NCBI GenBank assembly: GCA_964036045.1
Contig: OZ038378.1
Span: 198,772,001 to 198,836,000 of the forward strand
Direction: 5' to 3'
DNA length: 64,000 nt
Source: Eutreptiella sp. 'Long Island Sound 2002'
Lineage: Eukaryota; Protista; Euglenida
Below are positions 60,538 to 64,000 of the stretch, piece after piece (the first letter of the stretch is position 1; each line of letters opens with the position of its first letter). The notes under the pieces are model-generated. The model saw only the letters and a program-made list of their open reading frames with translations, had not been told where the DNA came from and made no database searches. A program made the position numbers and the translations under genes.

Positions 60538-62586
60538 CCGTCAGGCAGCAAGTGGCTCTTCAGGGCTTCAGCTTCAGTCAATGAGATGTGTCACGTTTTC
60601 CATTCGTTCGTTTCCCTGCTTCATGTCATATTTATTTACCCTCCCTGCGAGAGCAACGCCCTTGCCAGAGCAGCGGCAGGTGTTGTTTCCGCAATTTTTG
60701 AAACTGGGGACTTTGGCGGTTCCATTTTCTGGCGGTCCATGAGTATCCAGCATTTGCTGTGGTCTGGGGCTAGGGACTGTACTTTTGTGATACTGATTGG
60801 TGTCCTGACACCGACCTTCACCCCTGGTTGTCGTCTGAAGGTGGAGTTTGGGGAATCCCCTCACGAATAGTGCATTCATGACGCAACGGTCACCGCTGTT
60901 GTCTTTATGCGATGCACGTGAACAACGCCCTTGTCAGAGCACGAGATAGTGTTGCTCTCGCTAAGGGGGCGGGTAGTTTGGAGGGCTAACCACGGCTCAA
61001 GTTGAGTTACAGTGGCTGATGTCGTCTGTTGACACCTGCATTGCCAGAGTTGGATTGTTTTGAGTGCAGCAGATTGGTTTCCTCAGGATGTGCCTGAGTG
61101 GACGGTTGACATCCACTGGGACCTCCGTCCACCGCTAAAGATGGGGGAACGAGGTTTTCGTTTTCAAACGTTTACTGATGTTGACAATTCACATTCAGGC
61201 CAATATTGGAACGGGATCAGACCTTTGCCTCAGTTGAGGTACACTGGAGCTGGTTGGGGCTGGAGGGGGCACTAGGTGAGTGGGTTGGGTTGCCTCCGGC
61301 CAAGTGTGCCCTAAAATGCCTACTCTGCCCTTCCTGGGGCGGTGGGGGGGGGAGTTATGACCCACCAGGTTGCGGTCTGATTTGAGGGTTTTATTGCCAT
61401 GATCACCCAAGACGCGAAACAACAAGCAACAATACACTCAGAACAGTAAGAGCCTCAGCCTGAAGTGGGTCACACTCATGTTCAAGACAGAGATTTCATG
61501 TGCGGAACCTCCACAGGCCTAACCTCCCATACATTCACCCTCTCGCTCTGCCCATCTGTCAAGTCATTTGTCAGCAGTAGAGCTGCTGGACCGGGGTTAA
61601 ACGCCATATGGCATGCAAGTTGTTGGCATGTGTTCGTGCTGTGGTGAGGCTTTGATTTGGTGAGGAGCATCCCCCCTCCTTGATCTTTATCCAAGCTGCC
61701 CTGGCCACCTGACCTGTAGGTACCGTATATTTTGCACCAATTTCGGTAACATTTTCTGTATCACCGTCAGCGGCCACTTTTTTCCTGGAACTCTCCCTAC
61801 CGGGTCAATGTCAACCGTCATTTTAATTCCATTCTACAAGCTTACTGCTTACCACTAGCTCGGTGACCCGAACCTAGAGTAACCAATACACCAATAGACT
61901 AATACACACAAATAACAGGCACCTGCTGTTTGGAAATGTGTCGTGTGTGCATACCCTTGCATAAGATCCATTCATAGATCCCAATACTGCGCAGCTGCAG
62001 TGTTCCAAGCTGAACCTACCAGTCAACATTCTTGTCAGGAATTGCGCAGGTTGTGGCTACGCGTTGGTAGGGGGGTAGCGGGGATGCCTATGCAGGTAGT
62101 GCAAAATTTAGTACCGGTAGCACTACCAGGACCCCATTTCTAGGTCTAATCCAAATCACTGTTGGCATCTTGTGGACTTGCAGGTACTCCGCCAGGACTG
62201 ATGTTGCCAGAAGTGATGTCGCCCCAGGCCTCTGACAACAGCATTGATCCTTTTGCCACATGGAATGCCTGTGAACATAGAATGCTTGTGAACATTGTCT
62301 GTGCATGGCTCAATTTGCCCTTGGGACAGTTAGGAACGAGATATTTCCATTTTCTGTTTTTACGACGGACAGCCCGGAGTTTATCGGTGGCAGGATTCGG
62401 TTAACCGACGGCGATTTGCGCCTGGCCGCCGGCGGTTGGCCGATGACCAACTGCAGGTACTCGCCGGCTGGCGGTCTGTTTGTGTCGCATGCAAGCACAG
62501 GCTTGTCTAAGCACGGGATGGGCATTGAACCGCTGTTTTGCTTGGACTTTTGGGACCGCGGCCGTGCTTGCGCAAGTGGGGGGGGG

Positions 62587-62876
62587 TTAAATACAAATTG
62601 CTTATTGATTCCGACCTTCGCAATTGATTTGAGAAGCCCCCAAAACTTGACCTCAGGCAAAATCAACACAGTCAACCACGAAGCAAATGGAATCTCTTGT
62701 GTCCCTCGATGTACCGGTTTCAACTCTACTACAGAGTCCTCATCAGCTGCAAACGGAGGGACACAAAAGATTCCGTTTGCTTCGTGTTTGACTGTGTTGA
62801 TTCTGATTGAGGTCAAGTTTTGGAGGCTTCTCAAATCAATTACAAGGGTTAGAATCAATAGGCAATTTGTATTTAA
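62587..62876. repeat. Imperfect inverted repeat, 121-nt arms with a 48-nt spacer
   Basis: 62587-62707 (ttaaatacaaattgc...gtgtccctc) is the imperfect reverse complement of 62756-62876 (gagggacac...gcaatttgtatttaa). Confidence 0.95.
62707..62756 (-). ncRNA. Type I hammerhead core, partly decayed, forming the loop of a long hairpin
   Basis: The minus strand reads CTGATGA-G-GACTCT-GTAGT-AGAGTT-GAAA-CCGG-TA. Core at 62746-62740, 6-bp stem II, GAAA 62721-62718, palindromic ACCGGT stem III, GUA cleavage after 62712. Proximal stem I has two mismatches and stem II has an extra G. Confidence 0.7.
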
Positions 62877-64000
62877 AAATTCGGAGTGCAACTCAAGCGT
62901 CGTGACACGGCCCAAGAACCGCTGGGCGCAAAACCCTGCCACGACCCATGTTAAAAAAATGACATCACTTTTCGCTTAAGCATGGCATTTCTCTGTGCAT
63001 CGATGGTATACAGCAATGCTGCTGAACATAACGCAATTGGGCTAGGGGGGTGCCATCAGCTCCTCTTTAGTTTGCTGCACTGCAGCCCTAACCCACATAC
63101 CACATGACCTGATGTGACTCACATTCCGACACCTGAGCAAGGTTTCATAATCTGGAGAATTCCTCAAGCCATTTCAAAGTGACTGTGCCTGGCCGACAGG
63201 TGGAGGAAGGGGATGGGCGATTATTTTTGGCAAATTGAAGGATCCGGTGGGGAGTTGATGCCAGCCGCCCAGAAAGTGCTGGCTTGGGCTAACCATGTGT
63301 GTCTATTGTACCTGAGCACACCTGCCTTTGTTTCAACATCATTGCAACGGCAGATGTTGAACTTTCAAAGGAAGTTGCAGAATATTTGGGACGCCCTCCC
63401 ACTGTCACGATGCATAGAAACGTGGGAAGTATGCACGTGCACCGGCACAAATGCACACGTTATGAGCATGTGCAAATGTGGAAGGTTGGACCATGTGAGC
63501 CTGTATTATGGGATTCTCTGTTGCTCTGAGCAGTGTAGGGTGCCTGCACTGAGTAGTTCAAATACGATGGCGGCATCATTTTTGGAAAAACGCATTTTTG
63601 ACCCGTTTTTGGTCCCAAAACGGCCCATTTTCAAGGCATTTTTGGAGGGCCAAACCGGGCTACCACGGGCTCACAGTTGGCTAAGGGGGCGCACTTAGCG
63701 CAGTGCGCGCGCAGGCGTGCAAGCGCAGTACAACTATTTGGGCATGTGGCCGTACTAGAGACCCATACTTTGTGATACTAGGGGGGCATCATTCTTGTTT
63801 GAGAGTACGTTTTGATACTTCTTCCACATTGGGGATATAGCATTTTTGGATTTTCACCTAGTTTCACCCATTTCCATTTTTTTTCACTTTTTTTTGCTCA
63901 TTTCCACCACATCCACTCTTTCCTAGGTTGATTTCTCCCCACCATGGGACCTCAAGAAGGCAGAGGTGATGTATCCTTGTTGTTAACCCCCCATCATGGG

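Noticed and set aside
62305-62979. Overlapping 224-aa (+) and 210-aa (-) ORFs that resemble each other
   Set aside because: The similarity is the automatic result of the inverted repeat; no protein motif.
1-64000. Euglenid non-conventional introns, tRNA, rRNA or an SL RNA gene
   Set aside because: All inferred introns end in AG and start with GT or GC. No cloverleaf or rRNA-like sequence was recognised. The SL relic is followed by AAAGG rather than the GT-starting SL intron.

Overview
Eukaryotic genomic DNA with long, repeat-filled introns. It is most likely from a euglenid: a near-copy of the euglenid spliced-leader (SL) exon is embedded at 35175-35199. Three spliced + strand genes can be assembled by hand: the last 3 exons of an IP3-receptor (ITPR) channel, a complete 5-exon atypical short-chain dehydrogenase with a Zn-finger N-terminus, and a 4-exon ARL16-like small GTPase. 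Most other sequence is decayed mobile DNA: tyrosine-recombinase retrotransposons with VIPER/TATE-like gag-YR-RT-RNaseH order, a TA-flanked MITE, short interspersed repeats, inverted minisatellite arrays and microsatellites. The main discovery candidate is a cluster of four ~200-nt repeat units (35.0-37.1 kb) carrying circularly permuted (type II) hammerhead ribozyme cores with covarying stem I. In three units the core begins at a polypyrimidine-CAG acceptor and lacks stem II. In the fourth, the SL replaces the acceptor exactly at the AG and the core carries an inactivating change. One unit has a perfect 13-nt antisense match to the SL copy just after CUGACGA. The inference is a hammerhead completed only by SL trans-splicing. 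A separate, decayed type I hammerhead core sits at the tip of a 290-nt inverted repeat at 62.6-62.9 kb. Everything was read by eye; no alignment, folding or database search was run, and repeat boundaries are approximate.
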